Positions 25,711 to 40,525 are shown, counted from the first letter of the stretch. The stretch is 64,000 bases of DNA from Octopus vulgaris (GCA_951406725.2 OX597835.1:8246001-8310000); one strand, 5' to 3'. Notes: generated from the sequence alone by a model not told the origin. Numbers and translations: made by a program.

Positions 25711-26158
25711 GATCAAAATAAGCAACAAGAATATCCAGAGGTTTCACGCTACTCCATTCAATTGAACAATGCAAATATTACATCAATTTAAAATGTAGAG
25801 CAATCTTCAGCTGCATAAAAATATAGAATTTTGTTAAATTGGAAGGACATATTTATACAAATGAGTCCTTCCAATTTAACCAAATTCTATATTTTTATAC
25901 AATGAGTCCTTCGAATTTACCTAAATTCTATATCTTTATGCAGCTGAAGATTGCTCTACATTTTAAATTGATGTAATGTTTGCATTGTTCAATTAAATGG
26001 ACTCGCATGAAACGATCGTACTGCATTACCTCTTGATATCCTTGTTGTTTATTTTGATTAGAATCACCTTATTTTGAATTATATGGATAATACGATACTA
26101 AATTCTGGTGCCTTTAACTTAAGTACCATATTCATCTTAATCTAAATTTCACTGAACT
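25711..26158 (+). mobile_element. Family H3 element arranged as a long fold-back palindrome
   Basis: Arms at about 25712-25848 and 25905-26059 are reverse complements; (TA)n on both sides. Confidence 0.85.
25938..26026 (+). ncRNA. Type I hammerhead ribozyme, canonical core
   Basis: ATGCAG|CTGAAGA|TTGC...GCAT|GAAA|CGATCG|TA|CTGCAT; 6-bp stem I, palindromic ACGATCGT. Confidence 0.85.
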
Positions 26159-26246
26159 TATATATATATATATATGAGTGTGTGTGTGTGTATGTGTGCA
26201 TGTGTGTGCGTGTGGTATGTGCGCGCGAACACATACACACACAAGA

Positions 26247-26277
<31 letters not shown>

Positions 26278-26308
26278 TATATATACATATACATATGTAT
26301 ATATATAT

Positions 26309-26377
<69 letters not shown>

Positions 26378-27005
26378 CAAATACATAGATGGTCCCTTAT
26401 GCTGGTGCATTTTTTAATTACCATCTTCAGCTTATTTCCTTAGAAACACCATTTTCTATTGACGGCACGGATATACTACTGCCACAATAATTTTTTTTTT
26501 TAAATTGTTTCTTCCATTTTCCTATTTATCAGACCTTCGAGTTTCGCCAATAATCGTAAAGAATTCAAATTTCAATGACACTAATTCATTATCGCATTAA
26601 TAAATATCAAATACTGCTCAGGTATAGAATTGATTTCTCTGTTTGACTTGTGGTCAATTTCTTCTGTACGTATGAACATTTTCTAAAGTGTAAAAGTGTA
26701 CGTATGAGGATATGTTTGTGTATGTATATATATGTATATATACGTTTATATTATATATATATAGATAGTAAGATAGATGAATACATACATACACACACAC
26801 AAGCACACACGTATATATATATTTATGTTTATATACTTATAAGCACATGCACACAATACTCTATTCCCCATAGAGTATGATGAATAGATCCATTAATATA
26901 ATTCTCAGCATTCAACAGTGAGATCTTTTATAATTGCGGAATTACACGATAACTAAGTCAGAAGCGGCCATACACACACACACTCACGGGCACACAGAAG
27001 CACAC

Positions 27006-27036
<31 letters not shown>

Positions 27037-27220
27037 AACATACACACACACAAATGTATATGTTGTATGTATGTATGTCTGTATAAATATATCTATTTAT
27101 ATGTATATGATGTATGTATGTATGTATGTATGTATGTATGTATAAATATATCTATTTATTCATGTATGTATACTAGCGGAAGAGAGATGAAGGAGAGTAA
27201 ACAGTAATGAAACAGACGAC

Positions 27221-27740
27221 CATACGTACATACATATATACATACATACATACATACATACATACATACATACATACATACATACATACATACACACATA
27301 CATACATCCATACATACATACATACATACATACATACATACATACATACATACATACACACACACACATACATACATACATACATACATACATACATACA
27401 CACATACATACATACACACATACATACATCCATACACACATACATGCATGCATACATACATACATACACACATACATACATACACACATATATATATACA
27501 TACATACATACACACATACATACATACATACATACACACATACATACATACACACATACATACAAACATACATACATACATACATACATACACACACATA
27601 CATACATACATACATACATACATACATACATACATACATACATACGTACGTACGTACATACATACATACATACATACATACATACATACATACATACATA
27701 CATACATACATACATACACACATACATACATACATACATA
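27221..27740. repeat. (TACA)n microsatellite
   Basis: Direct reading. Confidence 0.95.
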
Positions 27741-28055
27741 TGCATCATTCCCAAACCGAAATATGCTGTGTCTTTTGTCTGGAGTTCTAATCACGAATCT
27801 GATCACAATGGCGCCATAATAGGAGAATTGCTTTATTACGAAGAATTGGAGTCTTGCAAAGCAATAATTTATTGATGAAGATGTATTTTATGGGGATAGG
27901 AAGGGTTTTTGAAGGTCGATGCGAATCATTCGGCATAGAATATGGGATTGAAGGAAATAGTGACGAACGTGTGAGTATATATGTGCGTGGGTGTGAGTGG
28001 ATACATATGTCTGTCTGTCTATCTAGCTATCTATATATGTATATATGGAGAGACG

Positions 28056-28087
<32 letters not shown>

Positions 28088-28680
28088 CATATGTATATTT
28101 TAGACACACACATACACACACACACATATATATATATACATTCATACATAAATACGTATATATACACGCAAACACACATACAACACACACACACATATAT
28201 ATATATACATATGTATACTTATATATATGCATATATATATATTTAGACACACACATATACACACAAATATATATATACATCCATACATGAATACGTATAT
28301 ATGTATGTGCATATATATATATATTTATATGTATGTGTTTATGTATGTATGTAGTTATGTATGTATGTTTGTTTGTATGCATGCATGCATGTATGCATGT
28401 ATGCATATATGTATGTATGTGTGTGTGTATGTATGTATATATTACGTTTATAACATCTTTTGTTATAGATCCAGTAATGCTTATTGACAATGCGATGTTA
28501 TGAAGCGTCGCTACATTGAAATGAACTATAAAAGGGTTTCAGGTGATCGCAAAATTATGGTGAGAAATGGATTAATGTTTCCACGCATAATTCTATTATG
28601 TCCATCAACATCTACATGTTGTCATTCTTGTCGTCAGCTTCAGTTTCGCTGATCCAACCTCACGTATATTTTAGTCCTGA

Positions 28681-28756
<76 letters not shown>

Positions 28757-28849
28757 AATCTATCTATCTATCTATCTTTCTCTCTCTCTCTCTCTCTTTC
28801 TCTATCTCTCTCTGTCTCTCTCCCTCTCTGTATGTATGTATGTATAGAT

Positions 28850-29011
28850 TTGCCTGCGGTAATGCTGGAGCACCGCCTTTAGTCGAGAAAATCGACCCCA
28901 GGACTTATTCTTTGTAAGCCTGGTACTTATTCTATCGAATTCTTTTGCCGAACCGCTAAGTTATATTGACGTAAACACACCAGCATCGGTTGTCAAGCGA
29001 TGCTTGTGGGA

Positions 29012-29059
<48 letters not shown>

Positions 29060-29158
29060 CATATACACGACGGGCTTCTTTTAGTTTCTCTCTACCAAAT
29101 CGAATCAAAACTTTTTCTTGTCGGCCTGAGGCTATAATAAAAGACACTTGCCCAAGTA
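28850..29158 (-). mobile_element. SINE A, diverged and truncated
   Basis: Similarity to other copies. Confidence 0.85.
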
Positions 29159-29220
29159 TAAGAAAAAGGGTGCTGCATGTTAGCAAATTTTTAAACATAA
29201 CAAAGAATTAATATTGGTTT

Positions 29221-29776
29221 GTTTAATAAAATAAATTGAAGCCGAAGTTTCTCCTTCTTTTTACAAACATCGTAAAGATCTTGAAGTCTCTTGATTGCCA
29301 TTTCCTGCACTCTGATTTGCACTGCAAATTTCCAGTTTTGATGATTCTCGACTCCAAAATTTCAATACTTTTTTATGAACTTGCAGGTTACCAAATAATA
29401 TCTGATAATCATGTGCGTTGAATATTTGATTTGTAAACCAAAAATCTGCCCAGCTCTAAGAAATAAATCGACAAACATTGAGAAATAAAACTCTTTTCTC
29501 TGGCAGAGGAATAAATGCCAAAAGAGCAAGTATTGCCCAAGAATTTCATTTTCCATTACTTACGTTAGGTATTTTTTGAAAGTTTACAATAGGAAATTTG
29601 CCGGTTTCTTCAAAGAAACGAAAAACTCTGGTCAAATGGAATAGAAATTTTGCGACATCTCGTCATCCTGCTGATTCAGTAATTTTTTCTTTAGCATTGT
29701 TGAAATTAGTCTGGAGTTTCTCGTAATTACTTAGAAGCTCTGGGGTGAATGTATATTCAATATTGCGAGTTGACAT
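29221..29776 (-). pseudogene. DNA transposase C-terminal relic (hAT-like)
   Basis: With stops and frameshifts: ...ESAG*RDVAKFLFHLTRVFRF/EETGKFPIVNFQKIPNVSNGK*NSWAILALLAFI...CRFIS*SWADFWF...NQSA/MAIKRLQDLYDVCKKKEKLRLQFILLN; resembles ARW...N.cAErAiK transposase motifs. Confidence 0.55.
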
Positions 29777-29900
29777 TTTTCGTTATCCATTACAGTTCGT
29801 TATCCATTACAACACGAGGATATGATGCCGACAACCAATAAATTACGATTCTTTAAAACCCTTCTTTGCAAATAAATGACAAAACCGTTGCTTTTCTCTA

Positions 29901-30165
29901 TCGAAGTTACGGACTCAATATTGTAATAGCCTGGGATTCAAGGGACCACAACATTTTAATGCTCTACCACAGAAGATCAGGGATCAGGAAGGTGTAGGTA
30001 TAGAAGTCTTCAAAAAAAGGTAGGAGGGACAAAGAAGAGCAGTAATGTACAACTCGCTACTTCACCAAAAGCAATACTGGAAAAATCCCTGGACGCTGGA
30101 AAAGCAGTGCACCAGCATGGTCACGGCCACTGGCTGAACCCATATAAGATAAACGATAAAGAAAG
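29901..30165 (+). mobile_element. CR1/L2-group LINE 3' end (ORF2 C-terminus plus tail)
   Basis: 29901-30023 reads [40 protein letters not shown]; tail gcagtgcaccagcatggtcacggcc...ctgaa. Confidence 0.7.
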
Positions 30166-30233
30166 ATATATATATATATATACACACACACATATATATA
30201 TACACACATATATATGTATTTATATGTGTGTGC

Positions 30234-30266
<33 letters not shown>

Positions 30267-30355
30267 CACCCACATATATATACACAAGTATACTTACATA
30301 CATATATATATACACAGACATATATACATATATACATACATACATACATGCATAC

Positions 30356-30424
<69 letters not shown>

Positions 30425-30426
<2 letters not shown>

Positions 30427-30560
30427 AATAATTGAATGAATTATCTTGTTATGGATAATTCGGTTAACCGATACCTGGGTAGCAAATTCACATCAGACAA
30501 GACACGTTTGAAGTTACGTGCTTAATAAAGGAATTTTGTTAGCTCAACTCCATTCTTTCA
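30425..30560. mobile_element. (TA)n-embedded mini-element fragment related to 20634-20950
   Basis: Shared ttaaccgatacct..gtagcaaa and ctccatt.cttca ends. Confidence 0.55.
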
Positions 30561-30908
30561 TATATATATATATATATATATACGCATGTATGTATGCATA
30601 AAATCGAGCAGGGAGAAGATCTGATATTTTTGAGGTATGTGTTTACCATGTCTAACCCAAAGTCTTAGACACATTATGGAATCCAGGGATATATCCGATA
30701 GACATCTTACATTTACCACCCTCACATTTTAATTGAAAATGAGTAGAACGATGAAACCCATAGAAAATGACACTCAACCACGATGTCACGTATGGAATCC
30801 AAAGCAGGGTAGTCTCTCACCTACACACGCGTGAATAGACGTCTATACATCCATCTATGCAATCAGGTATACAAACCGCAAGACATATATAGACACACAA
30901 TACATGCG

Positions 30909-30991
30909 TATCTATCTATCTAACTAACTATCTATCTATCTATCTATCTATCTATCCATCTATCTATCTATCTATCTAACTATCTAACTAA

Positions 30992-31055
<64 letters not shown>

Positions 31056-31060
31056 ATGTA

Positions 31061-31122
<62 letters not shown>
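30909..31122. repeat. (TATC)n microsatellite
   Basis: Direct reading. Confidence 0.95.
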
Positions 31123-31123
<1 letters not shown>

Positions 31124-31152
31124 ACATACATACATGTGTGCGTGTATGAATT

Positions 31153-31235
<83 letters not shown>

Positions 31236-31362
31236 CTTACATACTCAATCAGATTGTGAAGTGGATGTTTGTGTCTGCGTGCATAATGATCAATCGGTAT
31301 CATTGTAATTATGTGTCCACATACAATGTCCTATACAACGTAAGAAAATCTACGTAAGTCCA

Positions 31363-31413
<51 letters not shown>

Positions 31414-31896
31414 AACACGTTTATATAGGCGTACCTTTACACATACATACGTAGCTTGACTTCCTATTTCACCTACACACAGGCAGCATTCAGACGTGGC
31501 TTGTAATATGAGATTCAACGTAAGTGGACAAGGTGGACAAGTGCGCTATGCTATAACTCGATGCTAAGTAGTAATTGAGAAGGAGAGAGGGAGAGAGAGA
31601 AATAATAGAGAGAGAGAGGGAGATGACGTATAGGTGGGGATGAACAAACATATACATATCTACAAAGATATACTTACAAATATATACGTATATGTATGTA
31701 TGTATGCATGTATGTATGTATGTATGTTTGTATGTATGTATGTGTGTATGCATGTATGTCTGTGGGGTGACCGAGTGAATAGTTCCTTGCTGCATGGCTT
31801 GAAGTCTTGTGTCATTTTAGGAGATAGAGACATGACGTAAATTGTTAATGTAACTCTGCTGTATCCCCTTCACTGACTTACATGAGAGATGGCGTC

Positions 31897-31973
<77 letters not shown>

Positions 31974-34337
31974 GGTGTGTATGTGTGTGTGTTCATATAT
32001 ATATATATATATATATATGTTTGTGTTTGTATATATATAGGTGTATATATATATATATGTGTGTGTGTGTGTATGTGTGTGTATGTTTGTGTCTGTGTGT
32101 ATATAAATATACGTATATATATACTTCTACATATATATTTAACACTTGGAGAATTCCAAGCCTATATGTATATAGGCGCACTCTCTTCTCATGCACAGGT
32201 ACACAAATATACACACACACGCACACACACATACAGACGTTTGCGCACACACACACATACACATACGCACAAATACACACACACACACACACACACACTC
32301 TAGGTAAGATGATGGAATTTTGAATTGAAGAATGACAGTTTGAGGATTTTAAGTGTCTGCCAGAAGCTAGAGTACTCTGCTGAGATGGATGAAGCAAAGA
32401 AAAAAAATATTGATTTTTACCTCAAGTCTACCTTAAGTGCTTATTAAAAATTGAAATCGGAACGGATTGAAAATGCAGTATAGCAAACTTCCTAATTGGT
32501 AGAAGAGAACTGGATGTGAGGGCATTCATTATAGGCAATTTTAAATGAAAAAGCTATACACAATAACAAATTTTGCAATTATTATCGAGATGACAAGTCA
32601 ATGAGAAGTTTTCTTTCTTCAAGAATGATCAATCTTTACCTGACCATATTACATATCAGTAACATGCATAACTATTGTGTATATTGTTAGAATACAAGGA
32701 AATGAGGCAAGTTGTGTTTACATAATGGATCCACTAATTAGTGTGGCAGTCTCCTGTTTTTTTTTTCTTAACCGCGTAAGCCCCCATCATATTTTCATTG
32801 AAGCGACAACGCCCTCTCCCCTCACTGTAGTCGCCAGATCTGCAATACGTATTAGCCAAATCTCTGTTAAGTCATTTGCAACCATTTTACAAAAATATAT
32901 AAAAAGTAGTTGCTTTTGACAATATCTTCGTAGAAAGGATATAACTAAACAGTTGTTACACGATAGCAATAGAGCGCTTTCAATCACAGAACTATACAAT
33001 CGGGGATGGCCTAGAGCCCTTACAACTGCAACTACATCGGCAAGGGCTTCATATATTAAAAAAAAGCTCGAAACATGTACTCCCACCACTGCAGTTTTAT
33101 TTTATTTACATGTCAGCCTTCAACCTGATAGAAATAACAGCCAAATATAACTGAAAATGCATCCCATTTTGTCTTAGAAAATGAGATGTCGCGAGCGACA
33201 ACCAAGTCATAGGTAAACAAGAATACAAAATAGTTATGATGGGAACAGAATTTATCATCGATCTTGGTGTTTAGGGCTAAGTTGGTGTTAAAAGATGAAA
33301 TTATTCGAAACAGTACAACGCAAAAACCACAAACTCAGCAATATTTGAATTATAGAAGTAGAAAAAAATCAATATTAAAAATGTTTTTGATAGAAAGAGA
33401 AATTCAATCATTTTAAGAAAGGAACCACTCAATTATATTAACTCGAGAAGTTTCCTGATACTGTATTTTATGGACCCCAGAAATACGAAAGGCAAGGATG
33501 CTTTCGACAGGATTTGAAGTGAAAGGTAGAATTCTGGTACAATATCTTACGATTCTATCAGTAATATTGTATAATAGACTACATTAGAACATCTTAATGA
33601 TTTGTTTTTGACATGTTATCATGCTGTCAAGTCATACACAGATGAGCTGATTACAACTTTAAATGTTCATCTTTCTTTCATCTGATAAAATCTCACAAAT
33701 AGACGATAACATCTAAGGAATTTCTGATTTGAATTACGGAGATCGTCTCTATTGCTTCCCTTGGCAAGAATTATTCATTAAGTTAATGATTGGTTCTTCA
33801 CATCAAAGTCCTTCATGTACTGCTTTCATTAAGTATCTTAAAACCTGTTTTGAAAATATCCAAAGGAATTCCAAAATCTTCAGTATTTGCTCATATTAAG
33901 TTGACATATCCGCTGCGGTGAAGCGCAATGGCTGACTGTGAAGATATTTTAGCAGAAAATCAAAACGGACACATGACGACATAACAGTAAGTCTTGCACT
34001 TTTACATCTATTGGGCAGTGTTGAAGTTGTACATATGGAGCTCACGGTTCACCTTCCTCTAGATATGTGTAAAGAACAGAGAAAACTCATAGATACATGC
34101 AGCTGTGAAGAGTTCAAATATGGAGTGTTTAACTTTCACTCAATAATTATGTGAAATATGGAAGAACAACACGTAAAATGTCGCAAGTTTCATAAACTTC
34201 ATTTTCTATCGCTAAAAGAAGCGCACTGCAGAACATCCTTGAAATAATGGATATTGAGAATAAGTCAAAGGAGTACATTTAGTGCTACCAGTTTGCTCTC
34301 TTAAATATTACGAAGAAAGCAGAAGCAGTTTAGCGAA

Positions 34338-34454
34338 AGCTGGCAGAAGCGTTAGCACGCCGGGCGAAATGCGTAGCCGTATTTCGTCTGCCGTTACGTT
34401 CTGAGTTCAAATTCCGCCGAGATCTACTTTGCCTTTCATCCTTTCAGGGTCGAT
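34338..34454 (+). mobile_element. SINE B, 3'-truncated
   Basis: agctggcagaagcgttagcacgccgggcgaaat...catcctttcagggtcgat. Confidence 0.88.
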
Positions 34455-35469
34455 CGAAAAATATTATTTTGATTCTGGAGAATTACAATCAATGTTTCTC
34501 GCTAAATTTTTGGGAATAGAGATAGAAGCGGGGAAAAAATTAAAACGAATACAAAATACATATATAAATAAGATTTGAGTTGGACCCCAAGAGAAGGGCC
34601 CCCACATATGCTGGTTTTATCAAACAGATATATGAGACTAAGTACATCTGGTGCCCAAAGAATGCGGGTCGAATGTGCGCGAGTTGAAGAGTGTAACTGT
34701 GTGTGTATTAATTTGAGATTGTGATGTTAGTATTTAGCTTGTGTGTGTATATATATTTTTAATCCAAAACGAAGTCTTTCTGTCATAAATATTCCTACCC
34801 ACACTCCTTCTCTAGATAGACCAGTCCATAATGTCACATATATTCGACCCAATACCACAATCCCATCCTCTATCTCTAAATGTCGAATACTTTACTGATG
34901 AAACCGGCTTTGCCATAAATATTTGGGGTTTAAGCATTTCACCTCAAGATGAAAGCCATGAGAGTAAGGAGTACTTCGACATCCTACTCCCTACATGAAT
35001 GACTTTCACTGTGAACCAAAAAGTACTCCAGCTCCTATTGTTTTTGTTTTTTTTCTACCACACTCAGTTCCATCTCACTCAACATATAGAATTATTTATC
35101 GTTTCTATAAAGCAACAAATTACCAATGTTAGATACACCACTGCATAAAATGAAACGGAAAGCGTTCAATTTCGATCTACTTCTTTCGTAAACAGGAATT
35201 TATTATTCGCAAAATGATCGCAATCCCACCATTCATACCTTCCGTTACACATACGACCCCGCCCCACTAAGGTAAAAATACACCGACCTGCACATCGCAA
35301 ATATCTCAAAGCTAAATCTATGAAAACGACATGAATTTCTTGAGAAATTTCAGTTGGTGAAAGATTCTCATGACGTCGCTGGAGGACATTGAAATTTTCT
35401 ATTCTCACGACGAAACATGACTTTTCCGTTTCTTGAAGGTATGCCTTAATTATATATGTACTTGAGTGT

Positions 35470-35512
<43 letters not shown>

Positions 35513-35699
35513 ATCACCACCACCACCACCACCACCACCACAACCACCACCACCACCACACCACCACACACTCGTACACGCTCACACGCACGAATACACA
35601 CGCACACATACGCACACACATACACACATCGTTGACGTCATAGCAATTGAAACACTTCGAGATGAACATGAAATGATTCATTGTTCCCAAAAACTGGAG

Positions 35700-35905
35700 C
35701 GGCACGTTTGTATTGTGGAGCAAAATACTGCGTCACACATTGCTCCAGTTCACTCAACTGTAAATGGGTCGCCCTGCGGCGCACCAACCTTACCATTCAC
35801 TGGATTGGTCGCCTGCTTGCCTAGTCAACCTGGCGAAGATCTTTCTAGAGCATGCAAAGCGCAATGTGACCAGCGATGTATGACGTCTGATTGATCGCAT
35901 GATCA
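35700..35905 (+). mobile_element. Old SINE related to the family D core, with a different tail
   Basis: cacattgctccagttcactcaactgtaaatg is shared with family D. Confidence 0.55.
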
Positions 35906-36986
35906 ACTTATACACACACACACGCACACCCAAATATAGGGTCCTCGATGCGCGGCAAATTTGCCCTGAGTCCACCGTTGGGGGTTTCCTGCTGCGTTTG
36001 AGTGGGGCTTGCCTCGAAAATACCTTGCACACGGGAGCGGCCAAGCGTCAGGGAGCACCGAGTTCGATCGACCTCTCCTTGTGGACCCTTGATATCCTGT
36101 TGCTTATTCTGATACATACATATGTAATATAAACATATATTTATAGATGTGTATATAAATATATATGTGGCTGTGTGTATGTTTACGGGGGATATACATA
36201 AAGATAGAAATATAGAGAGATACAGAAAGAAACCAGAGAGACTATAAAATGATTATAAGAAGGTGACACCAGATCCTTTCATGGTAATATGATCTCAGAG
36301 AGTATTTATGATCACGTGCTTAAGAAAGTTGTTTTGCTATTCTGTGGTTTAAAGTAGAATCTCTCTGCATGCATTTTGCCACAGCATCGGGTTGTCCATA
36401 TGATTCACCACTGAAATTGAATTGACGAAACTCGTCAAATCCTCAGGAAGTGACAGTAAATGTTTTTCGGTGATAGTTTTAGTCCCTCACCGGTTTCAAC
36501 TCTACAACATCATCACACTCATCGGAATCCTTTCATTTATAATCATTCTGACCTGGTCATCCTTTAGACAATATATGACTTGTGGGTTATTTCCCGATTT
36601 TAGTTTCAAAACCATTCTCTCAGACCCACCAAAGGACATCATGGAAGCTGAATATTCTGTTCTGAATAAACGATATTAACTATATAATTAAACTATATAA
36701 TTAAACTATATAATTAAAGTGTCTATATTTCTGCATCAGAAGCAACAAGCTTTATTTACCAACCTGCCTTTAATATTTCATTTATAAGATTTAAAGTTCA
36801 AAGGCATTTTACTCTAAACCTCAATTTACATTAACCGGGTTAATTAGGATGTATTTCACAGAATTATTGATATGGAATAAGCGGAGGCTAAGCTGATGTA
36901 GGTTTATTTTTATTTACATTTTCAAATAATCTAGTGGATTGAATTTCATGACAGGAACTTATAATAAATAAATAAATAAATATATG

Positions 36987-37184
36987 ACCCCGTGTGTACC
37001 ATTGGCGATTTTTTCCCTCTGTCTTCCCTTCTCTGGATCTTTCCTTCTCCTATGTTTCCGACGAAGAGCTCCGCTCGAAACGTTAAACCCTCCTTCTTTC
37101 CTTCTTTCCTGAGCGCCCAATAATACTATATTTGTTCCACGTCCTCGCGTTGTTGTGTTTTTTTGTGCTTTCTTGTTTGGATTA

Positions 37185-37190
<6 letters not shown>
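36987..37190 (+). mobile_element. Mini-element family H1 with hammerhead at 37054-37088
   Basis: GTTT|CCGACGA|A|GAGCtccGCTC|GAAA|CG|TT|AAAC, identical to the 15252 copy. Confidence 0.85.
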
Positions 37191-37247
<57 letters not shown>

Positions 37248-37425
37248 ATATATATATATTATCTTATATATATAAGATTGAAGTTTTCTCTGTGTGTGTG
37301 TGTGTGTGGTATGTGTGTACAAAAATTTTATGTACTTCAATAGCTCGAAGCGCCACCTACCAGACTGGAAGATGTTAACATTTCCCATTAGTTATCTCCT
37401 CATCAGTCACACACACATACAAACA

Positions 37426-37468
<43 letters not shown>

Positions 37469-37508
37469 ATACACACACACACAAACACACACACACACTC
37501 ACACACAC

Positions 37509-37578
<70 letters not shown>

Positions 37579-38072
37579 CTGTGTGTGCGTGTGTGTGTGT
37601 GCATGCATACACATATGGTAAGTCTTGTAAGTGCAATATTTGTGTTAAGATTTAATAACAGCGAGATTTAATAACAGTGGCTGTTTCGGACGTATTTGCT
37701 TATCCTTCGCCGTGTTTTCCTTCTACATCCAAATAAGAACATTACACTAGACTACTTCTATTGCTTCTATTTCTCTATCACGAAATGATTGTTTCGATAT
37801 TTAACTTCTAGATCATATATCTATTAATACTTAAATGATATCATTTTAGAAATTCTTATGCCAGTATTTATTTTGTGGAAATTATTTAAAGGATATGATT
37901 TCGTTGTGATTCAAAATCTTCACACAAATAAACCATCAAAGTTTAGATTTTTTCCCCTCAATGAGTGGAAGTTATGTCGATACCAACTTGCCCAAATCGG
38001 CAAAGCTGGCAAAGGCTTTAATCCGACGTTTTATGCAATTTCTAGAAAAAAAATTTTTGTAATCTTTACTGA

Positions 38073-38158
<86 letters not shown>

Positions 38159-38499
38159 TATATATATAATATATTATATATATAATATATATATATATAT
38201 GTGTGTGTGTGTTCGATGTGAATTGGATTAATAAAGTTATCTATATATTCTTTTATGGTGATACAGAATTTGAAAGGATATTCTTTTGATTTTCAGCGGA
38301 ATTTGTTCCATCGTTTTCCTTTTGTGCTTGACTTATGAGAAACAATCTGCAGGATAATTCGTCTCAATCAAGGCGAAACTTTCAGAATAAATCAACGAAG
38401 GTCAACAGTGGTTTAGATGTTGCCACAAATGTTTCTATGAAAGGGAAAGCGCGGGACGAAAAGCGAAAATTAAAATATTTTGGGTTCCAATTTTGACAC

Positions 38500-38672
38500 A
38501 AGGAGAGCAGCTTCGTGAAGTGCTAAGTTAATTGTATCGATCGCAATGCTCAACTAGTACCCACTTGTATCGACTACGAATGAATGAAAGTCAAAGTCGA
38601 CCTCGGTGGAATTTGAACATAAAGACAGACGACATTTTGCTTGGAGTTCTAACGATTCTGCCATCTCACGGC
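38500..38672 (-). mobile_element. Old SINE B-related fragment
   Basis: atgaaagtcaaagtcgacctcggtggaatttgaac. Confidence 0.7.
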
Positions 38673-38976
38673 GTTACTGAAGATTAAAATATATTAATAG
38701 CTCTCAGCGTTACGGATTTTCCCAAAATCTTTCTTTCTGTGTTAATCCTCTCATTAAGAAGGTCATATATCCCTCGTGATATCCCACTCGATCCAAAGTC
38801 GACCGTCACAAGCATCAACTATTTTAAAATGAGGTCTTTAAACATTCCAATCGAGTTTGTGAATTAATTATCAAGCAATCAACTTAATTGAAACAAAACT
38901 CACAAAACACATGAATTAAATCTGCACGTGTACGATATATGTAAGAGACGATTCGATCCATTTCGAAGTAAGTTTG

Positions 38977-39049
<73 letters not shown>

Positions 39050-39133
39050 ATATCTATCTATCTATCGATCTATCTATCTATCTCTGTATCTATGTATCTA
39101 TATGTCTATCCATCTCTTTCTCTCTCCTCCTGT

Positions 39134-39200
<67 letters not shown>

Positions 39201-39381
39201 TATCGAAATGGGGAGTAGGTAGACAGCCGACAACTGATAAAGAGCCGTTCTTTGTATTCTTTGTATTACTTATCCCGTTTTAAATTTTTTACTCTCGTTA
39301 TTTGCGCATTTCCCTCATTTGTTTTCGTATTTCATGTTGTTTACTGTTGGTGACGTTTTCTACCGTTATATGCTTATATAC

Positions 39382-39443
<62 letters not shown>

Positions 39444-39536
39444 ATATATATCTATATATATCTATATATATATATATATATATATATCTATATATATATA
39501 TGTATACATTTATATATATATATATACACACATATA

Positions 39537-39581
<45 letters not shown>

Positions 39582-39741
39582 CAACATTTGTATATGCGTT
39601 CTTGTATGAATGCGCGTGCATGTATATGCGTGAGTGAATATATACGCATATACATATATATAATATCTGTAGCTTTCTGCATCTCTCTCCTAACTCTCTC
39701 TTTCGCGCCATCTGTGTCTGTATATTAATGGCTGTATAAAT

Positions 39742-39824
<83 letters not shown>

Positions 39825-40318
39825 GTACGTATATAAATGTATGTGTGTGCGTGTGTATGCATATACACGTACACACATTTATAAATTGGCAGTTGTACAA
39901 ATGTCTTCATGCTTATTCATTTTATTAAAGTTTTTCCGCTTAATTGGAACAAATGTATCATAAACTGGTTATATACAAATATATTTATTTAGATATATTT
40001 TCAATAACGAAATCTGTCTCTCATAGATATATTTCTTTCCGCCTGTGTGATGTTTCGCCAAATATATTTCTGAGATAAATTTGTAGTGTTTTTTTTTCAT
40101 TGAAATTTTCAAATGCCTTTACTTCGATGTATTATTTCTAGGTCCCCATCTCCAACATTTACAATTCTACATGACTTGTATAAATTCAGTTACTCATAAA
40201 CATAACACTGAATAGGCTTTCGCTATTTCAGTCATTTCAGAAAAGAAAATGCTTTCAAATATTTGTATATTTCTCAAGTGTTCATTTATACATGCTTCTT
40301 CTCCGAGCCTATTGATGT

Positions 40319-40353
<35 letters not shown>

Positions 40354-40356
<3 letters not shown>

Positions 40357-40523
40357 TTCAGCCAAAAATTAGATTCAAATGAATATGGTACTTAGTTTAG
40401 ATGCACCAGAATTTTGTATGGTGTTATACATAGAAATCCGTGGGGTGATTATAATCAAAATAAGTAACAAGAATGATCCGTAATTTGGTACGAGTACCAA
40501 ATTCTTGTTGTCATTCTTGCTTA
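40354..40523 (-). mobile_element. Family H3 fragment with terminal fold-back
   Basis: aatttggtac (40482-40491) / gtaccaaatt (40494-40503); (TA)n flanks. Confidence 0.75.
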
Positions 40524-40525
40524 TA

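Noticed and set aside
33066-33085. GAAA-CATG-TA 3' half motif (similar at 56607)
   Set aside because: No matching 5' core or stem I found
34895-34970. CTGATGA...GAAA possible hammerhead
   Set aside because: No stem II adjacent to the core and no UH/stem I closure
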